Source: Acaryochloris marina S15 (lineage in GTDB: Bacteria; Cyanobacteriota; Cyanobacteriia; Thermosynechococcales; Thermosynechococcaceae). From it: a stretch of DNA of 32,000 nt. A model generated the notes under the pieces. It was not told where the DNA came from and searched no databases. It was given only the letters and a program-made list of their open reading frames with translations. Below are positions 1 to 8,905 of this stretch, piece by piece; positions within the stretch are counted from its first letter, which is position 1, and the number at the start of each line of letters is the position of its first letter. A program made the position numbers and the translations under genes. Location of the stretch: assembly GCF_018336915.1 (NCBI RefSeq), contig NZ_CP064923.1, forward strand, positions 2,700,001 to 2,732,000. The letters run 5' to 3'.

Positions 1-258
1 AATAGGGGTGGATGCACCTAAGGGCAGCTTCTGCAATTCAGCACAGCAGGTAAATCCATCCATAACTGGCATTTTGGCATCCAACAGAACCATATCAGGC
101 TTGCGGGCGAGATAAGCATTCAGGCACTGCTGACCATTTTCAACATCGACTACCTCACACCCGTCTTGCTCCAAAATCAGGCGAAGAATAATTCGAGTTG
201 ATCGATCGTCATCGACAACTAAAATAAGCGGGGTACGTTTTTCCAAGGTCTGACTCAT
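1..258 (-). CDS. Response regulator, CheY-like receiver domain (5' part only; the gene runs off the left edge of the window)
   Basis: The reverse complement of 258..1 starts with ATG and reads MSQTLEKRTPLILVVDDDRSTRIILRLILEQDGCEVVDVENGQQCLNAYLARKPDMVLLDAKMPVMDGFTCCAELQKLPLGASTPI. It carries the acidic DDD pocket and the LLDAKMPxMDG phospho-acceptor motif. The frame stays open to the window edge. It is absent from the ORF track because it is truncated. Confidence 0.8.
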   Translation of the reverse strand, partial: MSQTLEKRTPLILVVDDDRSTRIILRLILEQDGCEVVDVENGQQCLNAYLARKPDMVLLDAKMPVMDGFTCCAELQKLPLGASTPI

Positions 259-704
259 CTCACCAAAACTAGAGAATGGGGAAGAACAATTTTTCGGAGT
301 AAATCATGGCTTTTGGTACTATTTTGCCAGATTTTCTGGAGCTAAATTAGCGACTAACTATTCAAATATTTATCTCCTAGTAAGCCCACCTGTCATTCAA
401 AACATTACATCTCCAGCAGGATCGATAAAACTACCATAATCAGCATTTTTTTCCTCTTCAATTTGCAAGACTAAGATAGCGGACAAAGCACTAGCTAGAT
501 TTAGTGTAAAGGCTGATACCCCTGCCTAAATTGTTCGGTCTAGGAGCGATAAGGGCATGCTAATGATGCAGCAATGGAGAAGCTTTCTCTTGCCAAAGAA
601 AGTCTTTCTAGAAATCAACTTCCTTCTCAGTAAACATTTACATCAAATAACTATTAAAAAAAGAATATTTTTTAATACTCAACTAACATCTATCAAGCGA
701 AAAA

Positions 705-3700
705 ATGCAGCCGCTGAATTCATCAAAGTTTAGCCTGATTGATGGTCTGAAACAATGTTTAGCTCCCCTTCGTTCTCCCCTGAGTCGTCAGATTGGCATT
801 ATGGGGTTAGGAAGCTGCCTCATTGCCGAGGCTGTCATTTTAGTACCGGCCTATTTCAGGATTAGAGAAGCCAAACTAGGCCAACTGGAAGCCCAAAGTT
901 TAACCGCAATCACCCCTTTGGCCAGTTTCGCTAACACGAAGTCCTCTCCAGACCAGCTAGTTGATACGGCTGAGACCCTCATGCAGGGGTCAAACGTCAT
1001 GGGTGGCACCCTCTACCAAAATGGGAGTAAACGGGTCACGTTTGGGACTTCCCCTACATTGCCAGATTTTTCTAATCCTGACATAACCAGGGTTTGGAAC
1101 AACTCGTCATCGACTTACGATATTACTTGGCCACAGCAAGAGAATACCGGTTATCGATTATCTTTAAGGCTGGACGGGACAGAGATTCAGGCAGCAGCCC
1201 TAACGAGCTCTCTACAGTTAGCCGGATTCATTCTGCTCATTTGGATTACGTTTACGATTATTACCCTACAGGCTGTGAGCCGTACGGTTATCAGTCCCCT
1301 CAACCAGCTGTTAGATGAGTTACGGAAAGTTGAAGTTGCCATGTCTGGCGATCCTAGCCAGGTGGAATTGAGTTCTCTGGAATGCGATCGCAACCATGAA
1401 TTAGCTGAGGTCATCGATACCTTCAATGTTGTTCTCCAACGAGCCGCTCTCAATATTGGCCAACTCAAAGACAGCATGATTTCCCTGTTGGAGACTCGGC
1501 AGCAGGAGTTAGAGGAGATGGTTTCTGAGCTCCAATCTGCTAAACATGAAGCAGAGACAGCCAATCAGGCCAAAAGTCAATTTCTGGCCAATATGAGCCA
1601 TGAAATTCGCACCCCCATGAATGCAGTCATTGGCATGACTGGTTTACTCTTAAATACGCCTTTAGAGACACAACAACAGGATTTTGTCGAAACCATCCGC
1701 AGTAGTGGGGATGCCTTACTGACCCTGATCAACGATATTTTAGATTTCTCCAAAATTGAGGCAGGGAAGCTGGATCTTGAACAGCAACCCTTTGAAATCA
1801 GGACCTGTATTGAAGAAGCCTTGCTGATCGTTGCATCGAAAGCCTCTGGTAAAAATCTGGAGCTGGCTTATCTGATTAATCCACCCACGCCAACCGCCAT
1901 TCTGGGGGATATTACTCGCCTACGTCAGGTTTTAGTCAACCTGCTCAACAATGCGATTAAGTTTACAGGCGAAGGGGAAGTCGTCGTTTATGTGTCTTCA
2001 AAACCCATTGAGACTATAGATATGGGGACTGATACAGACCTGGAAGTGATCGCCGAAGCCACCCCCTATGAAATCCAATTTGATGTCAAAGACACGGGAA
2101 TTGGCATTCCCCCGGACAAGTTAGAGCATTTATTCAAATCTTTTTCCCAGGTTGATGCTTCTACAACCCGTAAGTTTGGGGGTACTGGCCTTGGTTTAGC
2201 CATTAGTAAGCAGCTCAGCGAACTGATGGGGGGCAAAATATGGGTCACTAGCGAGGTGAGTCTCGGGTCCACCTTTTCCTTTAACATTGCTGCCTCCGAG
2301 ATTCCGAACTATGTCAGCCCCAAAGCAGTCTCAGATATTCAGTTAGCGGGCAAACAGCTCTTGATTGTGGATGATAATGCCACCAATCGAGAGATCTTAT
2401 CCCTACAGGCTCAATCTTGGGGAATGTTAACTTGTGCGGTTAAGTCCGGCATTAAAGCCTTAGAGTGGCTGCAACGAGGTGTAAATTTTGACCTCGCCGT
2501 CCTTGATATGCAAATGCCGGAGATGGACGGGGTGACCTTGGCACAGAAAATCCGGGAAGAGCCCAACGGTAAAACATTACCCCTGGTGGTCTTAAGTTCT
2601 TTAGGACAAGATGACATCCGAGCCCGGGCTGGCGACATTAATTTTTCGGCCATTTTAAACAAGCCTGTTCAGCAAGCTCAACTTCAAAGCGTCCTCTCCC
2701 AAGTGCTAGACAACCCTCTGATTAAAGTTGAGCAGACCTCAGGCGTTCAAGAAAAACCCACCAATCTAGGTGATCAACATCCCTTGCGCATCCTCTTAGC
2801 AGAGGATATGGTGGTCAACCAAAAAGTGGCCCTGTTGATTTTAAAACAATTGGGCTATCGAGCCGACGTTGCCAACAACGGTCTAGAAGTCATTGAAGCC
2901 TTAGAGCGGCAATCCTATGATGTTGTTCTCATGGATGTGCAAATGCCAGAGATGGATGGTCTCACCGCAACCCGAGAAGTTTGCCAACGCTGGTCCCCTG
3001 AAGATCGTCCTCACATCATCGCCATGACCGCCAATGCCATGCAGGGCGATCGAGAAATGTGTCTGGATGCGGGTATGGATGCCTATATCACCAAACCCGT
3101 CCGCGTCAACGAGCTAAGGGATGTCCTCAGTCGGTGCCAACCGATGGAGGAGCCTGAGGAAACACCTCCTCCTATTCCTGTGGCACCATTGCAGCCCGTC
3201 AGCCTCAATGAACCGACTCCACCAGACTTGCCCATGGCACCGGAAAGCTCTCAACCCGTTGCCGTTTTAGTGGGGAGTACAGCAACCCAGCAGGTCCAGG
3301 CGACTGAACAGATTCCCCAATTAGAAGAGAATCTGTCAGTACCGTTTCCTCAAAGCACCTCCATTCCCCCTCTCCCCGAGATACAAGCTACTCTTGCGTC
3401 TCAAGAAACAACCGTAATCATGGAACAACCAACGATGGCCGAAACCTCAATGGATCCGAGCATTATTGACCCCGCAGCATTGGATAGTTTCCGCCAGCTC
3501 GCTGGGGAACATGCGTCTTTACTCATTGCTGATTTGTTAAACACCTATCTGGAAGATGCACCGGGGCGAGTCGAAAAAATGCATCAGGCCGTCAAAGACG
3601 CTGATCCAGATGGGTTAAGTGATGCAGCCCATGCCCTGAAATCAGCCAGTGCCAACCTTGGTGCTAAACAACTGGCGAGTTTCTGTTCCGAGGCAGAAGC

Positions 3701-3815
3701 CCTCGGGCGTTCAGGTACGACGGCAGGATCTGCAGACGTTGTCTCTCAGATTTCTCAAGCCTACGAGACCGTTCGCATTGCTTTTGAAGCGGAAATGGCT
3801 GCCTGCAGTGTTTAG
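705..3815 (+). CDS. Hybrid sensor histidine kinase (TM sensor, HAMP-like linker, HisKA, HATPase_c, REC, REC, HPt)
   Basis: 1036-aa ORF with ATG at 705. TM1 is [22 protein letters not shown], followed by a ~130-aa external region and TM2 [17 protein letters not shown]. The H-box is [16 protein letters not shown] (His codon 1599-1601). ATP-lid boxes are [16 protein letters not shown] and [10 protein letters not shown]. There are two receivers ([20 protein letters not shown] and [20 protein letters not shown]). A ~110-aa Pro/Gln-rich linker leads to a C-terminal HPt domain, [15 protein letters not shown] (His codon 3630-3632). Confidence 0.95.
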   Translation: MQPLNSSKFSLIDGLKQCLAPLRSPLSRQIGIMGLGSCLIAEAVILVPAYFRIREAKLGQLEAQSLTAITPLASFANTKSSPDQLVDTAETLMQGSNVMGGTLYQNGSKRVTFGTSPTLPDFSNPDITRVWNNSSSTYDITWPQQENTGYRLSLRLDGTEIQAAALTSSLQLAGFILLIWITFTIITLQAVSRTVISPLNQLLDELRKVEVAMSGDPSQVELSSLECDRNHELAEVIDTFNVVLQRAALNIGQLKDSMISLLETRQQELEEMVSELQSAKHEAETANQAKSQFLANMSHEIRTPMNAVIGMTGLLLNTPLETQQQDFVETIRSSGDALLTLINDILDFSKIEAGKLDLEQQPFEIRTCIEEALLIVASKASGKNLELAYLINPPTPTAILGDITRLRQVLVNLLNNAIKFTGEGEVVVYVSSKPIETIDMGTDTDLEVIAEATPYEIQFDVKDTGIGIPPDKLEHLFKSFSQVDASTTRKFGGTGLGLAISKQLSELMGGKIWVTSEVSLGSTFSFNIAASEIPNYVSPKAVSDIQLAGKQLLIVDDNATNREILSLQAQSWGMLTCAVKSGIKALEWLQRGVNFDLAVLDMQMPEMDGVTLAQKIREEPNGKTLPLVVLSSLGQDDIRARAGDINFSAILNKPVQQAQLQSVLSQVLDNPLIKVEQTSGVQEKPTNLGDQHPLRILLAEDMVVNQKVALLILKQLGYRADVANNGLEVIEALERQSYDVVLMDVQMPEMDGLTATREVCQRWSPEDRPHIIAMTANAMQGDREMCLDAGMDAYITKPVRVNELRDVLSRCQPMEEPEETPPPIPVAPLQPVSLNEPTPPDLPMAPESSQPVAVLVGSTATQQVQATEQIPQLEENLSVPFPQSTSIPPLPEIQATLASQETTVIMEQPTMAETSMDPSIIDPAALDSFRQLAGEHASLLIADLLNTYLEDAPGRVEKMHQAVKDADPDGLSDAAHALKSASANLGAKQLASFCSEAEALGRSGTTAGSADVVSQISQAYETVRIAFEAEMAACSV

Positions 3816-3860
3816 GAATGTCCTGCTAGGGGGAACCCCAGTTTTAACTAGGTAACGCTT

Positions 3861-6800
3861 ATGTTATGGCTACTTGTCTGTTCAGCACTAGTCTTTGTGA
3901 TGCAACCCGGGTTTATGTGCCTGGAGTCTGGACTTACGCGTTCCAAAAATAATATCAACGTTGCCATTAAAAATTTTGCAGACTTTAGCCTATCCACCCT
4001 TATCTTCTGGTTTTTGGGCTATGGCTTGATGTTTGGAGCATCCATTAACACTGTTATCGGCACGGATCAATTTCTAGCTTCCCCTGAAACAGACGCAGCT
4101 CTAGCAGCGTTTATTGTCTTTCAAACTATGTTTTGCAGCACTGCAGCCACCATCGTTTCAGGAGCTGTGGCGGAGCGCACTAAGTTTGGGGGCTATCTGA
4201 TGATCACTGCCTTTATGGCCAGTGTGATCTACCCCATCTTTGGGCATTGGGTCTGGAACGGTATCGAAGCTGGACAAGTGGAGGGCTGGTTAGGACGGAT
4301 GGGATTTGTTGATTTTGCCGGATCAACGGTCGTCCATAGTGTGGGGGGATGGGTTGCCCTAGCAGCTATTTTAATTATTGGGCCTAGACAAGGGAGATTT
4401 TCCAAGACAGATGCCCCAAAGGAGATTTTGGGGTCAAGCTTACCATTATCCGTCTTGGGTGCTTTACTGCTATGGATGGGATGGCTAGGCTTTAATGGCG
4501 GGAGTGGTCTAGAATTCAGTGACCGCGTTCCGATCATCTTACTGAATACAGTGCTCGGCGGTGCTGCTGGGACCCTGACTGCAGGTGCTCTAGGATGGTG
4601 GCGGACGAAGATTCCCAAGATTGAGTTAATGATTAATGGTTCCCTGGCAGGACTAGTGTCGGTGACCGCCAGTTGCCATGTCATCAACCCACCCCTAGCT
4701 ATCATCATCGGTGCCATCGGTGGAGCCGTCATGATGGTGGTCAAACATTGGATGACTCAGCTACAAATTGACGATGCAGTTGATGCCGTACCGGTTCATT
4801 TGGGAGGCGGAATTTGGGGCACCTTAGCGGTCGGGCTATACGGTCGCCCAGATTTACTAGAGACCGGCCTCAATCGCGGTAGCCAAATCGGCGTTCAGCT
4901 TTTGGGGATAGCCGCATGTGGGGTTTGGACCTTCGGTTTGAGTTGGCTTTTGTTAAAAGGGGTGGATCGACTGATGCGCTTGCGGGTATTGGCAAAAGAT
5001 GAACAGATGGGCCTTAACTTTGCCGAGCATCATGCCAAATCTGAAGTCCTTGATTTGTTCCAGGTAATGGATCAACAGGCAGAAGACCTCGACTTCAGCT
5101 TGCGGGCTCCCGTTGAACCCTTTACAGAGGTCGGTCGCATTGCTACCCGCTATAACCAAGTGATTGATGCGTTAGAAAAGTCTAATCACGAATTGTTGGA
5201 TACGAAAACCACCCTAGAGCAACAAGTGGAAGCTCGAACAGCGAAACTCGTTGAAACTAATCAAGAACTGCAGCAGCTTGCTCACTTGAAAGCAGATTAC
5301 TCGCGAACCCTGGAAGCCGAGGTCGAAGCCAAAACTCAAAAGCTGAGACAAGAAATTGAAGAGCGGCAAGAAGCAGAAATTGCCCTGGCTCAGCAGGTTA
5401 AGCGAGCACAGCTTTTGGAGAAAATCACCCAGGCTATTCGTCAAAACCTAGATACCCAAAGAATTTTTCAGGCTGCAGCAGATCAAATTGGTCAGGTTTT
5501 TCAAGTCAGTCGTTGCCACTTACATAGCTATACGGAAGATGGAGAGGCCTCTATTCCTGTTGTGGCAGAATATACAGCTCCTGGTACTAATTCACTTCTC
5601 GGCATTGAGATGCCTGTGGCGGATAATCCCCATGCCCAACAGGTCCTCGCTCAGGATAAAGCTGTCGTAACTCCGAATATCTATACCGATCGATTGCTGG
5701 AAGCCCTGATTTCAGATTCTCAGCCGGTTACCTTGAAGTCGATGTTAGCGGTACGCACGTCCTATCAAGGCAAACCCAATGGCGCGATTATCTTACAACA
5801 TTGCGATCGCAGATTGTCTCGCCAAGCGTATCTGTCCCAACCCGATGCCCATGAGGACTGTTTTCGAGCTTGGCCCGCTGCCGAAATCGACTTATTAGAA
5901 GCAGTTGCTGACCAAATCGGCATTGCCCTGGCCCAAGCCCAACTGTTGGAACAAGAGCAATCCCAGCGCACCCAGCTGCAACAAGAAATTTTTGAGCGCC
6001 AACAAACTGATGCGGCTTTAAAGGAAAGCAAGGAACGGTTTCAATTAGCCGTTCAGGGGTCAGGAGATGTCCTTTGGGATTGGAATATCGTTAACAAAGC
6101 CTTTTATCTTGCCCCCCGATTTGGTCAACTGTTGGGCTATGAAACCGATGAGTTAGACTGCACCTTAGACACCTGGAAAGCCCATATTTGTCTAGAGGAT
6201 CAAGAGCAGGTCTCTCTGGCTCTCAAGCATCATTTAGAACACTTAGTTCCTTACGAAGTAGAGTATCGTCTGCGGACAAAAGCAGGCTATTACCTGTGGG
6301 TGTCCGGTCGTGGTCAAGCCATCTGGGATATCGAAGGCAAACCCATCCGCATGGCCGGATCTATTCGTGATATTACAGAAAACAAAGCAGCCACTGAAGC
6401 CCTAAAGCAACAAATGCGTCGGGCTGAACTGGTAGAAGAAATTACCCGTAAGATCCGTAAAAATATAGACCGCCAACAAATCTTCAAGGCCACTGTTCAA
6501 GAACTTGGCAAAGCCTTTCAAGTCAGTCGGTGTCATCTTCATACCTACGTCACGCAACCCAAACCCCATTTACCCATCGTTGCAGAATACCTAACGGGAG
6601 AGTCCCCCTCCATGCTGGGGACCGACATTTTGCTGGAAAACAATCCCCATGCCCGCAAAGTTCTACGGCATGATCGCGCGGTTGCCTCTGCTAATATACT
6701 CAGCGATCCTCTTCTGCAAACCGTTGCGGACATTTTTGTGCAAGGCCAAGTTAAATCCATGTTGGCAATTCGCACCTCCTATCAGCGCAAAGCGAATGGA

Positions 6801-8624
6801 GTGATTGTGCTACAACAATGCGATCGCAACCGGGACTGGACCCAAGCCGAAATTGAACTCATAGAAGCCGTTGCCGGACAAGTTGGTATTGCCCTAGCCC
6901 ATGGTCATCTCCTGGAGCAGGAACAACAACAGCGCCAAAAATTGACTCAGAACAATTCAGCATTGAAACAAGCCCGGACAGAGGCCGATGCTGCCAACGT
7001 CGCCAAAAGCGAATTTTTGGCCACCATGAGTCATGAAATTCGCACCCCGATGAACGCGGTCATTGGCATGACGGGTCTGTTGCTGAATACAACCTTAGAT
7101 AATCAACAACGGGACTTCGTTGAAACCATTCGCAGCAGTGGAGATGCCCTGTTAACCCTGATCAACGACATCCTAGATTTCTCCAAAATTGAAGCTGGAA
7201 AACTAGAATTTGAAGAACAGCCCTTTAGTCTACGGGCCTGTATTGAAGAATCCCTGCGTCTAGTGGCCCCCAGAGCCATTGATAAACAGCTCGAACTTGC
7301 CTATTTATTCGATCCCACTACCCCCAACCACATCGTGGGCGATGTTACCCGGCTACGCCAAATCTTGGTGAATTTACTCACCAATGGCGTTAAATTTACG
7401 GAGCAGGGTGAAGTAGTGATTTATGTTCAGGACATCACTGATACTGAAACCGACCCGAAAGAGACGTCACCCCAACGGAAAAATATTACCGATATTCAAA
7501 ATCAACGTCGTTTGATCCAATTCGAAGTCAGAGATACCGGCATTGGTATTCCGGAAGATCGGATGAACCGTCTGTTCAAATCCTTTAGCCAGGTGGATGC
7601 CTCAACTACCAAAAAATATGGGGGTACAGGACTTGGATTAGCCATTTGTAAATCTCTCTCCCACATGATGGGTGGCCGGATCTGGGTCGAGAGCAAAGCT
7701 GGTGTTGGGTCTAGCTTTTTCTTTACTATTGCGCTACCTGTTGCCCCTGAGGGAGACAATACCCTCGATCAATCTCAACAAATACTCGATGGCAAGCAGC
7801 TACTTGTGGTGGACGACAATCCCACTAATCGCAGAATTTTGACCCTACAAGCCCAAACCTGGGGCATGGGAATCCAAACTGTTAGCGGTGGTGCTGAAGC
7901 CCTGGCACTCCTGAACAGTGACTCCCAGTTTGATCTGGCGATCTTGGATATGCAAATGCCCGAAATGGATGGGGGCGAATTAGCAAAGCATATTCGACAA
8001 CTCGATCAGGGAAAACAGCTCCCCCTCGTCATGCTCAGTTCCTTGGGACAAGACGAAATCATTAAACATAAGCAAGAAATTCAGTTTTCTGCCATTCTCA
8101 ACAAACCAATCCAGCAATCCTACTTATACGATGCCTTAGCAGAAATCTTTGAAGGTCAGCGGATCAAAGTTAAACCCACTTTAGCTTGTCCTGTGAATTT
8201 GGAAGTACAGAGTGATCAGTCCCTCCAAATATTGTTGGCAGAAGATATTGTCGTCAATCAAAAAGTGGCTCTACTGATCCTGAAACAAATGGGTTACCGG
8301 GCAGATGTAGCCAACAATGGCGAAGAAGTCTTAGAAGCTCTTCATCGCCAGTCCTACGATGTCGTGTTAATGGATGTTCAAATGCCCGAAATGGATGGCC
8401 TGACAGCAGCCAGCTGCATTAAAGAACAGTGGAAGGAAGAGGAACGGCCCTATATTATTGCGTTGACCGCCAATGCTATGCAGGGGGATCGGGAAATGTG
8501 TATGGCAGCAGGAATGCATGACTATGTCAGTAAACCCATTCGTGTAGATGAGTTACAAACTGCCTTTGAACGGTATTATGCTCAGGCCAAACAACCCCAG
8601 GTGGCTTATGCAGCCCCCAACTGA
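3861..8624 (+). CDS. Ammonium transporter (Amt) domain fused to coiled coil, GAF, PAS, GAF, HisKA, HATPase_c, REC and REC: a multi-sensor hybrid histidine kinase
   Basis: Single 1587-aa ORF with ATG at 3861, 45 nt after the previous stop. Residues 1-~390 are Amt-like: QPGFMCLESGLTRSKN, FQTMFCSTAATIVSGAVAER, VDFAGSTVVHSVGG (His159), DAVDAVPVHLGGGIWG (His313). Then come a coiled coil and two GAF repeats that share FQVSRCHLH.Y and KSMLA.RTSYQ.K.NG.I.LQ.CDR. A PAS domain sits between them (FQLAVQGSGDVLWDWN..YEVEYRLRTKAGYYLWV). The H-box is [12 protein letters not shown] (His codon 7032-7034), the ATP-lid boxes are DTGIGI and [10 protein letters not shown], and there are two receivers. There is no HPt domain. 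Confidence 0.95.
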   Translation: MLWLLVCSALVFVMQPGFMCLESGLTRSKNNINVAIKNFADFSLSTLIFWFLGYGLMFGASINTVIGTDQFLASPETDAALAAFIVFQTMFCSTAATIVSGAVAERTKFGGYLMITAFMASVIYPIFGHWVWNGIEAGQVEGWLGRMGFVDFAGSTVVHSVGGWVALAAILIIGPRQGRFSKTDAPKEILGSSLPLSVLGALLLWMGWLGFNGGSGLEFSDRVPIILLNTVLGGAAGTLTAGALGWWRTKIPKIELMINGSLAGLVSVTASCHVINPPLAIIIGAIGGAVMMVVKHWMTQLQIDDAVDAVPVHLGGGIWGTLAVGLYGRPDLLETGLNRGSQIGVQLLGIAACGVWTFGLSWLLLKGVDRLMRLRVLAKDEQMGLNFAEHHAKSEVLDLFQVMDQQAEDLDFSLRAPVEPFTEVGRIATRYNQVIDALEKSNHELLDTKTTLEQQVEARTAKLVETNQELQQLAHLKADYSRTLEAEVEAKTQKLRQEIEERQEAEIALAQQVKRAQLLEKITQAIRQNLDTQRIFQAAADQIGQVFQVSRCHLHSYTEDGEASIPVVAEYTAPGTNSLLGIEMPVADNPHAQQVLAQDKAVVTPNIYTDRLLEALISDSQPVTLKSMLAVRTSYQGKPNGAIILQHCDRRLSRQAYLSQPDAHEDCFRAWPAAEIDLLEAVADQIGIALAQAQLLEQEQSQRTQLQQEIFERQQTDAALKESKERFQLAVQGSGDVLWDWNIVNKAFYLAPRFGQLLGYETDELDCTLDTWKAHICLEDQEQVSLALKHHLEHLVPYEVEYRLRTKAGYYLWVSGRGQAIWDIEGKPIRMAGSIRDITENKAATEALKQQMRRAELVEEITRKIRKNIDRQQIFKATVQELGKAFQVSRCHLHTYVTQPKPHLPIVAEYLTGESPSMLGTDILLENNPHARKVLRHDRAVASANILSDPLLQTVADIFVQGQVKSMLAIRTSYQRKANGVIVLQQCDRNRDWTQAEIELIEAVAGQVGIALAHGHLLEQEQQQRQKLTQNNSALKQARTEADAANVAKSEFLATMSHEIRTPMNAVIGMTGLLLNTTLDNQQRDFVETIRSSGDALLTLINDILDFSKIEAGKLEFEEQPFSLRACIEESLRLVAPRAIDKQLELAYLFDPTTPNHIVGDVTRLRQILVNLLTNGVKFTEQGEVVIYVQDITDTETDPKETSPQRKNITDIQNQRRLIQFEVRDTGIGIPEDRMNRLFKSFSQVDASTTKKYGGTGLGLAICKSLSHMMGGRIWVESKAGVGSSFFFTIALPVAPEGDNTLDQSQQILDGKQLLVVDDNPTNRRILTLQAQTWGMGIQTVSGGAEALALLNSDSQFDLAILDMQMPEMDGGELAKHIRQLDQGKQLPLVMLSSLGQDEIIKHKQEIQFSAILNKPIQQSYLYDALAEIFEGQRIKVKPTLACPVNLEVQSDQSLQILLAEDIVVNQKVALLILKQMGYRADVANNGEEVLEALHRQSYDVVLMDVQMPEMDGLTAASCIKEQWKEEERPYIIALTANAMQGDREMCMAAGMHDYVSKPIRVDELQTAFERYYAQAKQPQVAYAAPN

Positions 8625-8676
8625 TGGCAACCCTCTTATCTGGAAATTCTAACCGCTTCTCCAGCCATATCTCTCA

Positions 8677-8712
8677 AGCTATTCGTCTCAAAGACGAATA
8701 GCTTTATGTTTA
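8677..8712 (+). terminator. Probable intrinsic terminator of the kinase transcription unit
   Basis: Perfect 12-bp inverted repeat AGCTATTCGTCT (8677-8688) / AGACGAATAGCT (8692-8703) with a 3-nt loop, followed by TTATGTTTAT. It lies 53 nt after the stop at 8624. The stem is only moderately GC-rich. Confidence 0.55.
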
Positions 8713-8753
8713 TAAAGTCATCACCGTAGGTTGAAGCAGACATGATACGCTGA

Positions 8754-8875
8754 TATCCTCATCGGTTTTAGTGGGGAGCAGCCACTAAAGTAATGGGGAA
8801 AGCTTGGTGAAATTCCAACACTGTCCCGCAGCTGTAAGCAGAGCATCTCTGTAAGTCAGAACGCCCGCCGAGATA
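8754..8875 (+). promoter_or_regulatory. Cobalamin (B12) riboswitch
   Basis: Conserved core read directly: AATGGGGAA, GGTGAAATTCC (8806-8816), CTGTCCCGCAGCTGTAAGC, and the B12 box AGTCAGAACGCCCGCC (8854-8869). A P2-like hairpin pairs TTTAGTGG (8767-8774) with CCACTAAA (8782-8789). A P1-like closing helix pairs TATC..TCGG with CCGAGATA (8868-8875). The element ends 30 nt before the hupE start. The outer boundaries are approximate. Confidence 0.85.
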
Positions 8876-8905
8876 TACGGTAAACACTTCTGCGAGGCAC
8901 AGAGA

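Noticed and set aside
4229-4744. A 171-aa minus-strand ORF, plus many similar track ORFs inside the large genes: 1187-1564, 2066-2287, 2411-2662, 5765-6031, 7502-7759, 18365-18622, 24359-24721, 27411-27855, 28168-28596 and others.
   Set aside because: They lie antisense to, or out of frame within, long ORFs that have unambiguous domain motifs. Their translations are low-complexity (Pro/Arg/Ser-rich) with no motifs. They are typical shadow ORFs.
5514-6536. The Cys-His dipeptide in both GAF domains (SRCHLH; codons 5514-5519 and 6531-6536) as a possible bilin-binding site of a cyanobacteriochrome or phytochrome.
   Set aside because: The motif sits in the first beta-strand near the start of each GAF, not at the canonical chromophore position two-thirds of the way through the domain. 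I see no DxCF or other CBCR-specific motifs.
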